From Leptospira sp. (GTDB lineage Bacteria > Spirochaetota > Leptospiria > Leptospirales > Leptospiraceae): a stretch of 64,000 nucleotides of DNA. Each line of letters begins with the position of its first letter. Position 1 is the first letter of the stretch. This document shows positions 51,404-61,895 of the stretch, piece by piece. Made by a program: the position numbers and the translations under genes. The DNA lies in the NCBI GenBank assembly GCA_034439575.1, contig JAWXAQ010000005.1:32001-96000 (forward strand). The letters are read 5' to 3'. The notes under the pieces are model-generated. The model was not told the origin of the DNA. It made no database searches and saw nothing but the letters and a program-made list of their open reading frames with translations.

Positions 51404-52651
51404 ATGTTTGAGAACTTCACGCCTCCCCCTTTTGTTACCTTTGCGATTCCAGGATTTTTTGTCCTGATCGGAATTGAAGTTGCTATTGGTGCTTGGAAAA
51501 ATAGACAACTCTACCGCTTGAACGATTCCATAGCGGATCTAAGTACTGGGATTTTGTCTCAACTTTGGGGTCTTTTCCAAAAGGGCATTGGTCTTTTTGC
51601 CTACTTTTATATCTATGAACACTTTCGTATTTTTGAATTTGCACTTAACAACCCTTGGGCTTGGGTTCTTTGTATCGTTGGCCAAGATTTTTGTTATTAT
51701 TGGTCGCATAGACTCGCACACGAAGTGAATATCCTTTGGGCAGGGCATGTGATCCATCACCATAGCGAGGAATACAATCTTGTCGTGGCCCTTCGCCAAA
51801 CAGGACTTGGCGGGCTTATCTCTTGGATTTTTTATGTTCCTCTGGCACTAGTCGGATTTCACCCTTGGATGTATCTTGGATCAGGACAAATCAACTTAAT
51901 TTACCAATTTTGGGTGCATACAAAAGCAGTGGGAAAAATTGGCAAGGTGGGCGAATATTTACTTTCCACTCCTTCCCACCACCGCGTTCACCATGCGATC
52001 AATCCGATCTATATAGATAGAAATCATGGTGGTATTTTTATCATATGGGATCGTCTATTTGGTACTTTCCAAGAAGAACTCGAACCATGTGTGTATGGAA
52101 CGGTCAAACCACTCAAGAGTTTCAATCCAGTCTATGCAAATGTTCATTACTATGTAGAACTCATCCAACAATCCTTCAAAGCAAAGGGTCTTTGGAATAA
52201 GGTATTGGTTTTTCTAAAAAGACCAGGTTGGATGCCACCAGAAGGAAATCGTCCGGCTGGCTATTTGCCGATTCCAGAAGTTAGTCCGGAACGCTTTGTC
52301 AAATACGATCCAAATCCTAGCGCAGAGGTTCGTTCTTACACTACGGCTTGGTTTGTGGGCATATTATTATTGTCTTTTTCCTTTCTATTGTTTGTGACCA
52401 AGTTTTCTCTTCTTTCACAGATCCTATTTGCCTTATGGGTGACAATTTCCCTTGTCGCGGTCAATGCGATGATTGAAAGCAAATCTTGGGCTGTCTCTGT
52501 GGAAATCACTCGTTTGATTTTCGGATTTTTGCTCTTGGGATACTTTGGCCTTGGTTGGGTTTCGTATGGAATCGGCATCGCGTTTCTTATGATGGCTGGT
52601 TTTCATTTTTATAGAAGCCAATCCAAGTCCTTTCAAAGTGTGAGTGCTTAA
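51404..52651 (+). CDS. Alkylglycerol monooxygenase-like / sterol desaturase family di-iron membrane enzyme
   Basis: HRLAHE, HVIHH, FWVH, HHRVHH His boxes plus C-terminal TM extension; start could be 51383. Confidence 0.88.
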   Translation: MFENFTPPPFVTFAIPGFFVLIGIEVAIGAWKNRQLYRLNDSIADLSTGILSQLWGLFQKGIGLFAYFYIYEHFRIFEFALNNPWAWVLCIVGQDFCYYWSHRLAHEVNILWAGHVIHHHSEEYNLVVALRQTGLGGLISWIFYVPLALVGFHPWMYLGSGQINLIYQFWVHTKAVGKIGKVGEYLLSTPSHHRVHHAINPIYIDRNHGGIFIIWDRLFGTFQEELEPCVYGTVKPLKSFNPVYANVHYYVELIQQSFKAKGLWNKVLVFLKRPGWMPPEGNRPAGYLPIPEVSPERFVKYDPNPSAEVRSYTTAWFVGILLLSFSFLLFVTKFSLLSQILFALWVTISLVAVNAMIESKSWAVSVEITRLIFGFLLLGYFGLGWVSYGIGIAFLMMAGFHFYRSQSKSFQSVSA

Positions 52652-52673
52652 AATTCTCTTAACTTACGATATT

Positions 52674-52704
52674 CACCTGAGAGGATCCCCCTCTCAGGTG
52701 TTTT
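52674..52704 (+). terminator. Intrinsic terminator
   Basis: CACCTGAGAGG-ATCCC-CCTCTCAGGTG followed by TTTT. Confidence 0.85.
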
Positions 52705-52852
52705 AAAATTCCTTTGATTTCCAAATCCACTCTTGTCAGAATTTCCCCATATTTAAATTATGTCACTTTAGTGCCTTTTTGACTTAAATTTTTGTCCTCC
52801 TTTTCCTTGACCCAAGAGCTTGCCGTGAGATTTTGGCAGTGCACAATAAAAT

Positions 52853-53653
52853 GTGAGGGCGAAAAAGATGAAACGAAAAAGATCACTGTTTAGTATTCTA
52901 GGAGCCATCCTACTGGTCGTATCCTTCTCAGCATTTGCATCCTACCAAAAGAAAAAAAATGAGCCAGTTTATCTCGATAACCAAGTTTTCCAAAGATATG
53001 GCGATGCTTGGGGACTTTGGGTCAATTTCCGAACGGAGAAAAAATCAATCGAAGAGAAAGTGGCAGAATTTGGAGCCAATCTAGACGAAGTTTACGAACT
53101 GAATGCCGTCCTAGAAAAAGAAAAAAAGAACTTAAAACGTTTTATCTTCATTCCCTATAGCAAATCCTATTCCCAAAAATTGCAAGAATCAGGAATGTTT
53201 CGTGAAGCAGTCGACTCTCAAATTGACCAATTCATTTGGCCAGTACTCCCCAATAACCGTTCACGGATTTCCTCTCGCATCGGCAGAAGGTGGAACACTT
53301 TACATACAGGTGTGGACATTGCCATTCCTAAAGAGTCAATCGTCCTTGCAGCGGCTGATGGCGTAGTGGAAATCGCAGGACGAAGTGGAGATTATGGAAA
53401 TACCGTAAAAATATACCACCATGACTTAAATCATTTTCATACAGTTTATGGGCACAACAACCAAGTCTTTGTTAAAGCAGGTGACATTGTCAAAAAAGGA
53501 CAAATCATCGCACTCTCAGGTAATACTGGCAAATCCACTGGTCCCCATGTTCATTTTGAAGTTAGATACCACAATGTGTATCTCAACCCAGAAAACTTTC
53601 TCACACCTTTTGAAGAAGGAGTTGCGACAAGTATGGTAGGTTTCGCTAATTAA
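52853..53653 (+). CDS. M23-family metallopeptidase
   Basis: Signal/TM; intact HTGVD and HVH Zn ligands; STGPH. Confidence 0.92.
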   Translation: MRAKKMKRKRSLFSILGAILLVVSFSAFASYQKKKNEPVYLDNQVFQRYGDAWGLWVNFRTEKKSIEEKVAEFGANLDEVYELNAVLEKEKKNLKRFIFIPYSKSYSQKLQESGMFREAVDSQIDQFIWPVLPNNRSRISSRIGRRWNTLHTGVDIAIPKESIVLAAADGVVEIAGRSGDYGNTVKIYHHDLNHFHTVYGHNNQVFVKAGDIVKKGQIIALSGNTGKSTGPHVHFEVRYHNVYLNPENFLTPFEEGVATSMVGFAN

Positions 53654-53656
53654 TCT

Positions 53657-54475
53657 GTGACATCCACTTTTCCGCTTAGAAGTTGGGTTCCTGAAATTCA
53701 CAGGAACCTAAACGAAACTATTCTTTTGAAGCCAGGCCTCGCTTGTTTTGATTTTGATAATACACTCATCCGAAATGATTTTGGCGAAAAATTAATGGAA
53801 GCCATTATCCAAGATGGTATGGTCCATTTGCCAAAAGACCTTAGCCCTTATTTCAGAGATAAGGACTTTTGGAAAGATCATGAAATCCATCCACTCTCTC
53901 AAAAAGAATCACTTATTTGGGAAGAGTACAGTTACCATTTAAAAGAATTCGGCATTGAAAATGGCTATCGTTGGACTTGTTTTTTATTTCAAGGCTTAAG
54001 CAAACAAACGTTTTATGAATTGAGCAGGAGAAATTGGGAAAAAGTAGGAAAACTAAAGGGCGATATAGCTGTGTTTCCTCAAAAGGAAATGATAGACCTC
54101 ATCCAATTTTTAAATCAAAATTCCTGGGAAGTATATATTGTCACTGCCTCCCCTGAAGAAGGCATAGCCGCTATCGCATCTCACTTCTATGTGAAAGAGG
54201 AGAATGTAATCGGCATGAGACAAGTTAAATCTTCCACAGGAATAAGCGTTCCTGAAATCATTGAACCTTATACATATGGAGAAGGAAAAGTAAGTGCAAT
54301 TCGTACACGAATTGGAAAACTTCCTGATTTAGCCTTCGGCGATTCCTTCAACGACTTTCCTATGTTATGTGCATCCAAATTGGGAGTTGCGATTGATAAA
54401 GGAAATCCCGAATTTGTAGAAGCATGCCAAAAAAAACAAATCTTGATCCAACCCTACTTTTCACTTAGTTCTTAA
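53657..54475 (+). CDS. HAD-family hydrolase
   Basis: FDFDNT, VTAS, GK, GDSFND. Confidence 0.9.
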   Translation: MTSTFPLRSWVPEIHRNLNETILLKPGLACFDFDNTLIRNDFGEKLMEAIIQDGMVHLPKDLSPYFRDKDFWKDHEIHPLSQKESLIWEEYSYHLKEFGIENGYRWTCFLFQGLSKQTFYELSRRNWEKVGKLKGDIAVFPQKEMIDLIQFLNQNSWEVYIVTASPEEGIAAIASHFYVKEENVIGMRQVKSSTGISVPEIIEPYTYGEGKVSAIRTRIGKLPDLAFGDSFNDFPMLCASKLGVAIDKGNPEFVEACQKKQILIQPYFSLSS

Positions 54476-54481
54476 TCTATT

Positions 54482-55171
54482 ATGAAACCTACACTAATCT
54501 TAGTATCAAATTCTATTGGCGATGACAAAGATTTACCTCCGCGAACAAAAGAATTATTGGAAAAAGCAGACCTGATTCTTGGCGAAGAACAACGTACGAC
54601 CTCGACTCTTTTAAAAAGATTAGGGCTATCAAAAAATTTTGAGATATTCAATGAACATTCAACAAAAGAAGAATTGGAAGATCTTGTATTACGTTTAACA
54701 CAGGTTCCACTCACTGTCATCATTTCTGATTCGGGTAGCCCAGGTCTTGAAGATCCAGCTCGTAAATTAGTTCCGAAAGCTTGGGATTATGGCATTACCG
54801 TTCAATCTGCACCTGGACCCACTGCGGCTATGGCTGCTTTGACGGCTTCTGGTTTCCAATCTTCCCCCTTTACCTTTGTCGGTTTTTTTCCAAAAGAGCA
54901 AAAAGACAGAGAACGGGAACTAAAACACTACCTAAGTTTGGGTCATACTCTCGTATTTTATGAGACCCCATACCGAACCAAACATATGTTAGAATCTCTT
55001 TCTAAAGTTTTGCCAAATCAAAGACGTTTGTTTTTGAATTTGGACATTTCAACCCAATACGAAAAATCCTATCGTGGCTTAGCAAAAGATATTTTCAAAC
55101 AAGCCGCAAACCATCCAAAAGCTATGCCTGTTTTTGTGATCGAAGAGAAAAATTCCAGACACAACGGATAG
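54482..55171 (+). CDS. rsmI: RsmI-like SAM-dependent methyltransferase
   Basis: ISDSGSPGLEDP, PGPTA, FVGF, FYETPYR. Confidence 0.75.
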   Translation: MKPTLILVSNSIGDDKDLPPRTKELLEKADLILGEEQRTTSTLLKRLGLSKNFEIFNEHSTKEELEDLVLRLTQVPLTVIISDSGSPGLEDPARKLVPKAWDYGITVQSAPGPTAAMAALTASGFQSSPFTFVGFFPKEQKDRERELKHYLSLGHTLVFYETPYRTKHMLESLSKVLPNQRRLFLNLDISTQYEKSYRGLAKDIFKQAANHPKAMPVFVIEEKNSRHNG

Positions 55172-55208
55172 TTTCTTGACTCACCTCTGTTATATTGGAT
55201 ATTGAGTC

Positions 55209-55832
55209 ATGGTCACTAAACTCGAACCATCGGAAGATGAGAAAGAATCAGCCTTTGCTGAGGCTGGCGATTATATAACAGACGTCGTTAAGGAAAACTT
55301 AAAACTGATTCGTCATACGAAAGGTTTTTCTTTGGATAAATTAGCGAATCGTTGCGGAGTCAGTCGTGCCATGCTCTCCCAAATCGAACAAGGAAAATCC
55401 GTTCCTACGATCTCCGTCCTTTGGAAAATCGCGAATGGCCTGAGTGTTCCCTTTTCAGAACTCCTCAAAGAAAAAAACCAAGACGGTGTCCATGTTCTCA
55501 AAGCAGAAAACTCAAAAGTACTTTATTCAAATTCGAGAGTCTTTGCGAGTCGTGCCCTATTTCCTTTTTTAGGAAACCGTAAAACAGAATTTTACGAATT
55601 AGTTTTAAAGCCTGGTGGACATGAAGTAGCGGAAGCACATAAAACTGGCACAACAGAAAATATAGTCGTTGTTTCCGGCAAACTAAGGTTACGTGTAGGT
55701 GAAAAAGTTGTGGAATTGGAAGCAAAAGATTCCGTATTTTTTAAGGCAGATGTCTCTCATGAATATTCAAATCCAACTGACCAAGAAACTTTGATGTATT
55801 TGGTTATGGATTATACGGATGAGGTAGGCTAA
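55209..55832 (+). CDS. XRE HTH + cupin transcriptional regulator
   Basis: [25 protein letters not shown]....E..SG cupin. Confidence 0.92.
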   Translation: MVTKLEPSEDEKESAFAEAGDYITDVVKENLKLIRHTKGFSLDKLANRCGVSRAMLSQIEQGKSVPTISVLWKIANGLSVPFSELLKEKNQDGVHVLKAENSKVLYSNSRVFASRALFPFLGNRKTEFYELVLKPGGHEVAEAHKTGTTENIVVVSGKLRLRVGEKVVELEAKDSVFFKADVSHEYSNPTDQETLMYLVMDYTDEVG

Positions 55833-55842
55833 GGCCATTTCA

Positions 55843-56769
55843 TTGGAATACCGTGAAATAAAAATCAATTTACCGAAAGTCGGTTCTGACGACCTTTATT
55901 CATTATTAGAACTACTACAAGTAGCTGGGTATTATGAAATTCTATTTGATGGTGATGCACCGAAAGAACCAGACCAAGGAATTTTAAAAGAAAATACAAA
56001 TATTCGAATTTATTTAAATACTGATGAAATTCAAAAAGAAATTCAAATTATCGTATTTCTAAAAGTAAACTTTCCACATAACTCAAATTATGAAACTAGA
56101 ATCATTGAAACTAGAGATTATGAAGAAGCTTACAAAGAATTTTACAAACCCTTTTCCATAGGTAAAAAGCTATGGGTGATCCCGACTTGGGAAAAAGGTT
56201 CAGAAGTCACAGAAAAACTTTGGAAAGATGAAAATGGGATTCCTTTATTTATAAACCCTGGTGTGGCATTTGGTACAGGGCATCATGAAACCACCAAACT
56301 GATATTAGAACGTTTAGATACACTTTCAGAAGCGGAAAAACCTTTTTTTCAGTCGGCTTGTGACTTAGGTTGCGGATCTGGGATTCTCTCTATTGGTCTT
56401 GCAAAACTTGGTACGAAAAAAATATTCGCGTTGGACATTGATCCAAATGCCGTTAAGGCTGCATGGTCCAATTGGCAAGAAAATGATTTTTCACGTGATT
56501 ATAAATTCACCGTGGAAGAGTCAGGCCTAGACAATGAACACTGTCTCAGTGAAACCTATGATTTAGCGATTGCTAATATTACTTTTGCAGTATTGTCGCA
56601 AAACATTCGTAATCTTGCCAAAATAAAATGCAAAAGGTTTATCTTTTCTGGAATCATCACTGAAAAAAAAGATGCCTTTATGGAATTGCTACATCAACAT
56701 TTGCCAGGTGACCTACTCTATTCTTTCGAATGGAATGAATGGTGGGTGCTTGACTGGCAGAAAACTTAA
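55843..56769 (+). CDS. prmA: Ribosomal protein L11 methyltransferase
   Basis: PGVAFGTGHHETT, DLGCGSGIL, DID, ANI, SGI. Confidence 0.95.
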   Translation: MEYREIKINLPKVGSDDLYSLLELLQVAGYYEILFDGDAPKEPDQGILKENTNIRIYLNTDEIQKEIQIIVFLKVNFPHNSNYETRIIETRDYEEAYKEFYKPFSIGKKLWVIPTWEKGSEVTEKLWKDENGIPLFINPGVAFGTGHHETTKLILERLDTLSEAEKPFFQSACDLGCGSGILSIGLAKLGTKKIFALDIDPNAVKAAWSNWQENDFSRDYKFTVEESGLDNEHCLSETYDLAIANITFAVLSQNIRNLAKIKCKRFIFSGIITEKKDAFMELLHQHLPGDLLYSFEWNEWWVLDWQKT

Positions 56770-58877
56770 GTTTTTGTAAAATATTTAATCAGTCGCACTT
56801 GGTTACCTGAATCATTGTATTCTATGCGATCAAAAACTGATTTTGTCATATAGATACCTCTTCCATGTTGTTCATGCGCTTCATTGATAGATTCTATAGA
56901 CTGGCTCATAATTTTTTTATGATCAAATCCTTTTCCCTCATCTGTGATTCGATAGGCGACATACTCATCTGCCAATACATATTCGACCTTAATGGACTTG
57001 CGATTATAACGCGGGTCTTCTTGTCTCTTCTGGAGAAATTCTAGATAATTTCCTTCGAGTAATGCTTGCGATTTTTCATCAAAGCCTATATTCAAATTTC
57101 CATGTTCTATCGCATTGATAATAATTTCTCTGAGTGAAGTTCTCACTTCGGTCTGCATAATGGATGTCATATGTTTTCCTAAATTAGCAGTCACTTTTTG
57201 AGAAACCAACTCTGCATTTCTTAAATAATTATTGATTGTAAAATCAATCCTTTCTGAATCCAAAAATCGAATCAAGGTATCTTCTACTTGAGGAATTAAT
57301 GTAACAAGTATTTCGCGTAAATCACCAAATTCTATGTATTGTAGTCTTACAAACATATCCTTTGGCTCTTTGACATATTTTTGAGAAAATTCGACTACGA
57401 ACTGATCGACTTTGCCAAGCATATTCAATTCTTGCAATTTTTCATTTAAATATAACAAATTGAAGCCGGCTTTTTTTCCCTTGATAGGATATAATAACTC
57501 TTCCAGCTTTTTACCTTTGATATCATCTGTGCGAAAACCAAGGTGCCTCGCAATGGACCTGTTTACATTGATGATACGAGTTTCTTCATTCAGAAGTAAA
57601 ATGACTTCATTTGCTCCTTGAAAAATCTCCCGGAAACGTTTTTCTGATTCCTCGATTTTTACTTTCACATGCGACAACTCACGCAAATTTTCTCTAAGGC
57701 TTTTTGATAGCGAATTGATTCTATCAGCCAGTCCAAGGGAAAGTAAAACCACTTCTAAAGCGGTACCAATTTGGATGGTCCATCTAGTGACATTATTATC
57801 AGGTAAAATTCCTAAACTTTTCAATGCATATAATAGAACACCTAACAAAAAGAATGTCCAAGCGATCAAATAAAACTTAGCACTGCGACCTTTTTTTAAA
57901 AATGCAATCACTCCACCTGCGATCATGATAAATGCCGAGATAATAGCGAATCCAATGGCTATCAGTGTTGCAAACCTATACGGTAGAATCAGAGTGAGAA
58001 TACTCACACTCACCAATGTATAAAACCAATATTGCATTAATTTGGCAAAAAATGGAGCCAGTGACCTTAAACTCAAAAATTGGATCGCAAATAAAATACC
58101 GAGAAAACTAGAGGAAACCATAAAAAATGGCAAACAAGAATTTGCCCACCATACAAAACTTGGCCAGATATATTGAAAGGCAATACCGTTGTTTGTTAAA
58201 TGAAAAAAGGAAATATTTGTTATAAATAACACATAAAGTATGTAACTTATCTCTCGAGTAAAAACATAAATAGAAATATTGTATAAAACCATTACGAGCA
58301 TAATACCGTAGAACAAACCAAAGATGATTTGTTCCTTATTCATTTTACTAACGAAGGCTTGCGTTGACCATGCAATCAAAGTTAGTGGAATGGTGGATTC
58401 TGATTTTAACCTCAGATAATAAACTGATGCGGAATTTGGTTTTTCAATTAAGGGAAATACGACATTTCGATAATTTAGATTTCTATCGGAAAAATCTCGT
58501 GAATCGCCTGAAATAGTAATCAGATTTTCTGGTATGTTTTTACCATAAATTTCTATTTCATCAAGTAGGGGAAAATCAAATTCGATTAACCAAGGCAAGG
58601 CGATATTTGTCTTATTTTCGACTGGGATTCGAACCCAAAACTGAGAGCTACTAAATCCTAAATTCTCGGAATCGGGTCGTTTGAATTTTTGATCCAACTT
58701 ACCTGCAATGATTTCTGTAGAGGTAAATTTACTTTCTGGGTCTTCTAATAAAGTAATATATCGAATCAAACCTTTTCTTTCCATCTCGGGTTTTAGAGGG
58801 AAAGGAACATCTGCCTTTACGGCAAAAGAAAGGAACAAAACCGAAAAAAGAAAAAAGAACTTCAAATATGTTTTCAA
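56766..58877 (-). CDS. 7TM-DISM sensor + PAS + RsbW-like HATPase domain protein
   Basis: Extracellular DISM domain, 7 TM ending LGLADR, PAS, then NAIEHGN, DEGKGFD, GRG. Confidence 0.85.
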   Translation of the reverse strand: MKTYLKFFFLFSVLFLSFAVKADVPFPLKPEMERKGLIRYITLLEDPESKFTSTEIIAGKLDQKFKRPDSENLGFSSSQFWVRIPVENKTNIALPWLIEFDFPLLDEIEIYGKNIPENLITISGDSRDFSDRNLNYRNVVFPLIEKPNSASVYYLRLKSESTIPLTLIAWSTQAFVSKMNKEQIIFGLFYGIMLVMVLYNISIYVFTREISYILYVLFITNISFFHLTNNGIAFQYIWPSFVWWANSCLPFFMVSSSFLGILFAIQFLSLRSLAPFFAKLMQYWFYTLVSVSILTLILPYRFATLIAIGFAIISAFIMIAGGVIAFLKKGRSAKFYLIAWTFFLLGVLLYALKSLGILPDNNVTRWTIQIGTALEVVLLSLGLADRINSLSKSLRENLRELSHVKVKIEESEKRFREIFQGANEVILLLNEETRIINVNRSIARHLGFRTDDIKGKKLEELLYPIKGKKAGFNLLYLNEKLQELNMLGKVDQFVVEFSQKYVKEPKDMFVRLQYIEFGDLREILVTLIPQVEDTLIRFLDSERIDFTINNYLRNAELVSQKVTANLGKHMTSIMQTEVRTSLREIIINAIEHGNLNIGFDEKSQALLEGNYLEFLQKRQEDPRYNRKSIKVEYVLADEYVAYRITDEGKGFDHKKIMSQSIESINEAHEQHGRGIYMTKSVFDRIEYNDSGNQVRLIKYFTKT

Positions 58878-58988
58878 ATGTAGTATCCGATACCTGTACT
58901 TAAGCTAAAAAAGCATACACAACTAGAACGGAATTTGGTAATTTTTCTAGCCTTTTTTCGGTTTCCGTAGAATTTAGGGGAAAGATTT

Positions 58989-60374
58989 ATGAATCGCAAA
59001 GATTTTATTAAAAAAATTGGTATTACCGGATCCTTACTCACTTTAGCAAAGACCTCCCCTATTTTTGGCCAAACCGAAAATCATTCTGAATCAAAAACTA
59101 CAACAAAGTCATCTTCAGATAAAACTGCGATTGTACTCGGAGGTGGACTTTCGGGTTTATATTCTGCCTATCTCCTCAAACAATCAGGTTATAAAGTGAC
59201 CATTGTAGAACGGGGAGAAAGATTAGGTGGAAGAATCTTTACCTATGTAGATAAAAATCTTGGCATACAACAAGATTTAGGTGGTGAGTGGATTGGCGAA
59301 GGCCAGTCTGATATCAAAACTCTGGTCAAACAATTGGGATTAACCCTGAATGAATCACCTATTGCTTCAAAATTTCAGCTCAAAAGTTCAAATGAAAATT
59401 CTTTAATAAAAATATCTCCTGCTTCTTTAGAAACCTTAGAGAAAGTAATCGAATTACACAAGTCGCTCGGTGAATCTAAAAAACAAGGTTTGGATAAGAT
59501 CAATTTTTCATCTTATGTTAGATACCAAGGTATCACTGAAGATGAAATGCGATCCATAAACGAAATCTATCGTACGTTAGTTGGCGGAGATTTAAATCAA
59601 ATTTCAAGTGAAGCTTTACTGAATGATTTGGCATCCCAAGAATCTTCACTTCGACCGAAGTATTATATTAATGGTGGTGCCGAAAAAATCATTAAAGGAC
59701 TTACGGATCTTCTCGGAAAAGAAACAGAAATTTCTTTGAATGATCCTGTTATAAAAGTGAGTCAAATTAAAAATTCAGTACAAGTCGAACTCACTTCTGG
59801 TAAAATGATTAAAGCTAGTCTTTTGATTTGTACTATCCCACCACAAAACATTTTAGATATAAAATGGACTCCTTCTCTCCCAAAAGATATGACATATTCT
59901 AGTCTTCGAATGCAGTCAGGTCGCATTTCAAAAAATATGGCAATATGCAGAAAGAAAGACAGCGTAACACCTAACTTATTACTTTCTGATACACCAATGC
60001 AAGCTTTATATGTTGCGAGTGATGAAGCTATTGGTGAAAATTTCTATGCTTTGACATCAATCACAAATGGTGACCGAGCCACTTTGATTGAAAGATCGAG
60101 TGAAACCCAAAAGAAAGCATTATTCAAATTATCAATACAAGAACTTAAACTCTCAGACGATATCCCAGATCAAAATTTTATTTTTCATTCGTTTCAAAAA
60201 CTAACAGGACAAAGAGGGTTTGTTTCCCTCTATCCACCTGGCTCTTTTGGAATCAAGGAAACGTGGATCGAACCTTATGAGAGAGTTTTCTTTGCTGGTG
60301 AACACTTAGCAAAACATTCAGGAACGATGGATGCAGCAATAGAATCTGCCATCCAAGCGGTTAACAGAACTTAA
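58989..60374 (+). CDS. Flavin monoamine oxidase-family protein, probable Tat substrate
   Basis: NRKDFIK signal; GGGLSG, GGR, FAGEH, GTMDAA. Confidence 0.87.
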   Translation: MNRKDFIKKIGITGSLLTLAKTSPIFGQTENHSESKTTTKSSSDKTAIVLGGGLSGLYSAYLLKQSGYKVTIVERGERLGGRIFTYVDKNLGIQQDLGGEWIGEGQSDIKTLVKQLGLTLNESPIASKFQLKSSNENSLIKISPASLETLEKVIELHKSLGESKKQGLDKINFSSYVRYQGITEDEMRSINEIYRTLVGGDLNQISSEALLNDLASQESSLRPKYYINGGAEKIIKGLTDLLGKETEISLNDPVIKVSQIKNSVQVELTSGKMIKASLLICTIPPQNILDIKWTPSLPKDMTYSSLRMQSGRISKNMAICRKKDSVTPNLLLSDTPMQALYVASDEAIGENFYALTSITNGDRATLIERSSETQKKALFKLSIQELKLSDDIPDQNFIFHSFQKLTGQRGFVSLYPPGSFGIKETWIEPYERVFFAGEHLAKHSGTMDAAIESAIQAVNRT

Positions 60375-60401
60375 ATCAGATTACATTTATCAAAATTTAG
60401 A

Positions 60402-61511
60402 TTATTTAAGCCCGAATAGGGTTCTTAGGATGATGGTATTTTTTATAAAGGTATCATAAATTAAAAAACTAAGGACCAATACCAAACTTACATGTATACC
60501 GAACTTATAATATGGAGAGATATCTATGTTTCTTATAAAATAAGCAATTCCTAAAGAAATTGGATGGTGCAATAAATAAATAGGAAGACTTGAATCTACG
60601 AGATAAACTGTGAATGGATTAGTAACATTTGCTATTTTTTGAAACAAAAAAACAAAAAAATAAGTCCAGACCAAAGGAGACATACTCCATAAAAATACAT
60701 GCGTTAGTCGGATAATTTGATTTCCGTAATAATAGGGCATCCATAGGGGATCACTTATCTCTAATTGATAAAACAATATAAAAATCAGGATTCCGAGTAT
60801 TAACAAAATAGAACCTTCTAACTTTGATTTAATGATCTCAGAAATTAAAATTGATCTTTTAAAATAAGCCAATATCCCCACAAAGAAAAATCCACATTGA
60901 TACATAAAGGTCAATTTATCTACCCCGATATAATCATCACCTCTAGGGAAAAAAGAATGAGCTAAGGTTGTAAAAATAAATGGAATCAGTATAAAAATGA
61001 ATGATTGTAAAAAAGTGTTATCCGGTAAGTTCTTTGCTATAAATTTAAAAATAGATTTTGGAATCACAATAAAAATCAAACTGAAAAGAAATAGATCCAC
61101 TAAAAACCAAATATGAGAATGAGAAAAATTTTTGATCGTAAAAAAATCTGAAACAAAAGGAACCACTAGGACATTTGTGTATTTTAACTTCGCCACTAAA
61201 TAATATTGGATAGGTGCAAAAAATATTAACCCGATGATCATAGGTATCAGGATTCTTTTGATTCTCCCTTCTATATAACTCTCTTTGCCTTTCTTTTCCC
61301 AGACTAATACCGAAAAATAACCAGAAATAATGAAAAATAATGGCATTCGAAAGCTATGAACCCAAAAAGAAAAGTATCCAAAGGGCTCTGCGCGATTTAA
61401 ATTTTGGATCGCATAGCTAATTTTAGGTGCATAGACGATAGCGGCATGGAATACAATGCCGAGTAATAATGCAAAAGACCTCAAATTATCTAAATATAAA
61501 AGTCTTCCCAT
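60402..61511 (-). CDS. Acyltransferase-3 family protein (MdoC-like)
   Basis: LDNLR, H, FRMPLFF.ISG, HIWF, YLLH; about 10 TM helices. Confidence 0.88.
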   Translation of the reverse strand: MGRLLYLDNLRSFALLLGIVFHAAIVYAPKISYAIQNLNRAEPFGYFSFWVHSFRMPLFFIISGYFSVLVWEKKGKESYIEGRIKRILIPMIIGLIFFAPIQYYLVAKLKYTNVLVVPFVSDFFTIKNFSHSHIWFLVDLFLFSLIFIVIPKSIFKFIAKNLPDNTFLQSFIFILIPFIFTTLAHSFFPRGDDYIGVDKLTFMYQCGFFFVGILAYFKRSILISEIIKSKLEGSILLILGILIFILFYQLEISDPLWMPYYYGNQIIRLTHVFLWSMSPLVWTYFFVFLFQKIANVTNPFTVYLVDSSLPIYLLHHPISLGIAYFIRNIDISPYYKFGIHVSLVLVLSFLIYDTFIKNTIILRTLFGLK

Positions 61512-61598
61512 TCCTTCTTATGAAAAATGTGATAAGCAATAATCGTCGATCCTTTTTCTTTCCTTGACAAACCAAATCATACTAGCTTGTCTTTTGTT

Positions 61599-61895
61599 AT
61601 GGAAACCTCGCCCAAGGAAGAACCATTTTTCTCTACTGTATCCGATGAGGAAATAGCGCGAGAAAGAAAAAAAGCCAAGGAATTGAAAAATACGGCTTGG
61701 TGGAAAAATAAACGATCTTCTGGAACGTGCCATTATTGTGGGAAAAAATTTAAGGTAGATGAGTTGACTATGGATCACCTAATCCCACTCATTCGAGGTG
61801 GCTTATCAGTGAAATCAAACTTAGTCCCAGCGTGCAAAGAATGTAATTTCAAAAAAAAACATAGCCTCCCTTTCGAAAAGGATTTCTTTACATAA
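61599..61895 (+). CDS. Small stand-alone HNH endonuclease
   Basis: CHYC, DHLIP..RGG, N, CKECN. Confidence 0.88.
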   Translation: METSPKEEPFFSTVSDEEIARERKKAKELKNTAWWKNKRSSGTCHYCGKKFKVDELTMDHLIPLIRGGLSVKSNLVPACKECNFKKKHSLPFEKDFFT

